Assembly (NCBI GenBank): GCA_000388065.2
Contig: KB932214.1
Reading direction: 5' to 3' (one strand)
DNA from: Fonticula alba ATCC 38817
Lineage: Eukaryota > Protista > Nucleariida
DNA: 47,542 nucleotides
In this document: positions 46,450 to 47,542 of the stretch, in pieces
Numbering within the stretch: the first letter of the stretch is position 1
How the letters are laid out: every line of letters starts with the position of its first letter
Position numbers and translations under genes: made by a program
The notes under the pieces: generated by a model
What the model was told of the DNA's origin: nothing
Seen by the model: the letters and a program-made list of their open reading frames with translations, nothing else
Database searches by the model: none

Positions 46450-47084
46450 GGGGGGGGGGCAACCGGCGCATGAGTCTGTGTTTTGATGTGTGGGCCAGAG
46501 CGGGAGCGGCATCAGAGACCCTTGGAATGTCTCCCGTCGAACGGGGGCTCTAGGGTGGCTGTGTCTGGCGGGAGCGATCGACGGCAACCGGGGAGCGAGC
46601 CTCTCCTGTCCGCGACTGTCGAAGTGGCCGGCGAGAGGGGCTGCCGGATTGAGTGAACATCACTATTTCGTCGGCACAGCTCGTAGTCCCGCTGCCTAGG
46701 GCCCGCGTCGGAGGCGTGGTCCAGGCTGGGGGGGGGGGGGGCATTGGACCTGCCTTTGTCGTCGCGGGCGCTCCAGCCAGATGGCGAGGGGGATGTGCGC
46801 AGTGGCATGGGCTGGACTCGGGACGGGCGAATCCTCGTCCGGGAGACAATCCATAGACTGTGCTGCGCCAATCGCAGCAAATACCTGGTCGCGATCCGAC
46901 ACGGGAGCCAGGACCGTCTGTGAAACCGAGCATGCTGTGGAGTCCCTGGTCCGCGGTCTCCTCCTGTAAAAGGGGTATCTCAATTACCTGTTGGTCCGTT
47001 GCTCCCAGAGTGGGCAGGTCTACACACGCTCGGGGGAAAATCGCAACGGCAAGTAGGATCGAGCATGAGTGGTCATGCGGATAT

Positions 47085-47141
47085 TTTGAGAGGGGGAGAG
47101 AGGGGGAGAGAGGAAGAGAGAGGAAGAGAGAGGAAGAGAGA

Positions 47142-47173
<32 letters not shown>
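47085..47173. repeat. Polypurine tract (AGGAAGAGAG)n(GA)n
   Basis: Read directly. Confidence 0.85.
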
Positions 47174-47175
<2 letters not shown>

Positions 47176-47542
47176 CAGCGGAGCACTTGGAAGAGGAGGG
47201 AGAAGTGGCAAGGAAAAAGGAGGACAGAGGCGGCGGTGGTGGCCGGTGGGTGGAGGTGCGGGTCTGTCCGCGTGACCAGTTTGCGGAATCCGGGACCATC
47301 GGGGAAGTAGGCGGGCTACGAGGATGTGGCAAGTGGGAGGGGGTAGGTGGGCGCGGAGAGGGCAGGCATGGGGATCCTAGGCGGGGGAAAATATGCGCGG
47401 AGGGGGGGCTGTCGGGGCTTTGAAGTGGCGGGAGGAGAGGCCTCGGCGAGCGTGCGTGTGTATCAGAATCAATTGGGGTCCAGTAGAACGAGGATAATAG
47501 AGAAATTGGAGTAAAAAGCCGCGGCGGGGATATCGCCAAAAT

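Noticed and set aside
46512-46880. LLRLAQHSLWIVSRTRIRPSR as the presequence of copy D
   Set aside because: Begins at TTG rather than ATG and is separated from copy D by a gap; cannot be supported.

Overview
GC-rich, intron-rich eukaryotic genomic DNA. Gene content and intron style suggest a unicellular opisthokont such as Fonticula (inference only). Left to right: an IucA/IucC-family (NIS) siderophore synthetase (-), head-to-head with an MFSD1-like MFS transporter (+); a ~2960-aa myosin with IQ motifs, a SAH helix and two MyTH4-FERM modules (+); frataxin (+); a divergent CDK5RAP3/C53 homolog (-); tRNA-Trp(CCA) (+); and a Cys-rich (furin-like repeat) single-pass receptor whose kinase domain lacks the HRD-DFG-APE segment (-). 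From 34.3 to 46.2 kb lies a cluster of one family I cannot assign: intronless ~690-aa proteins with mitochondrial-presequence-like N-termini and about 8 tandem helix-turn-helix-like repeats. Two copies are intact and two are decayed, one of them inverted. This cluster is the main candidate for an undescribed system. Other points: none of the 28 modelled 5' splice sites has +4A (24 C, 4 T); there is an Illumina adapter with a 140-bp false duplication at 36.3-36.6 kb; two N gaps. All gene models were built by hand from reading frame and splice signals; no database searches were run.
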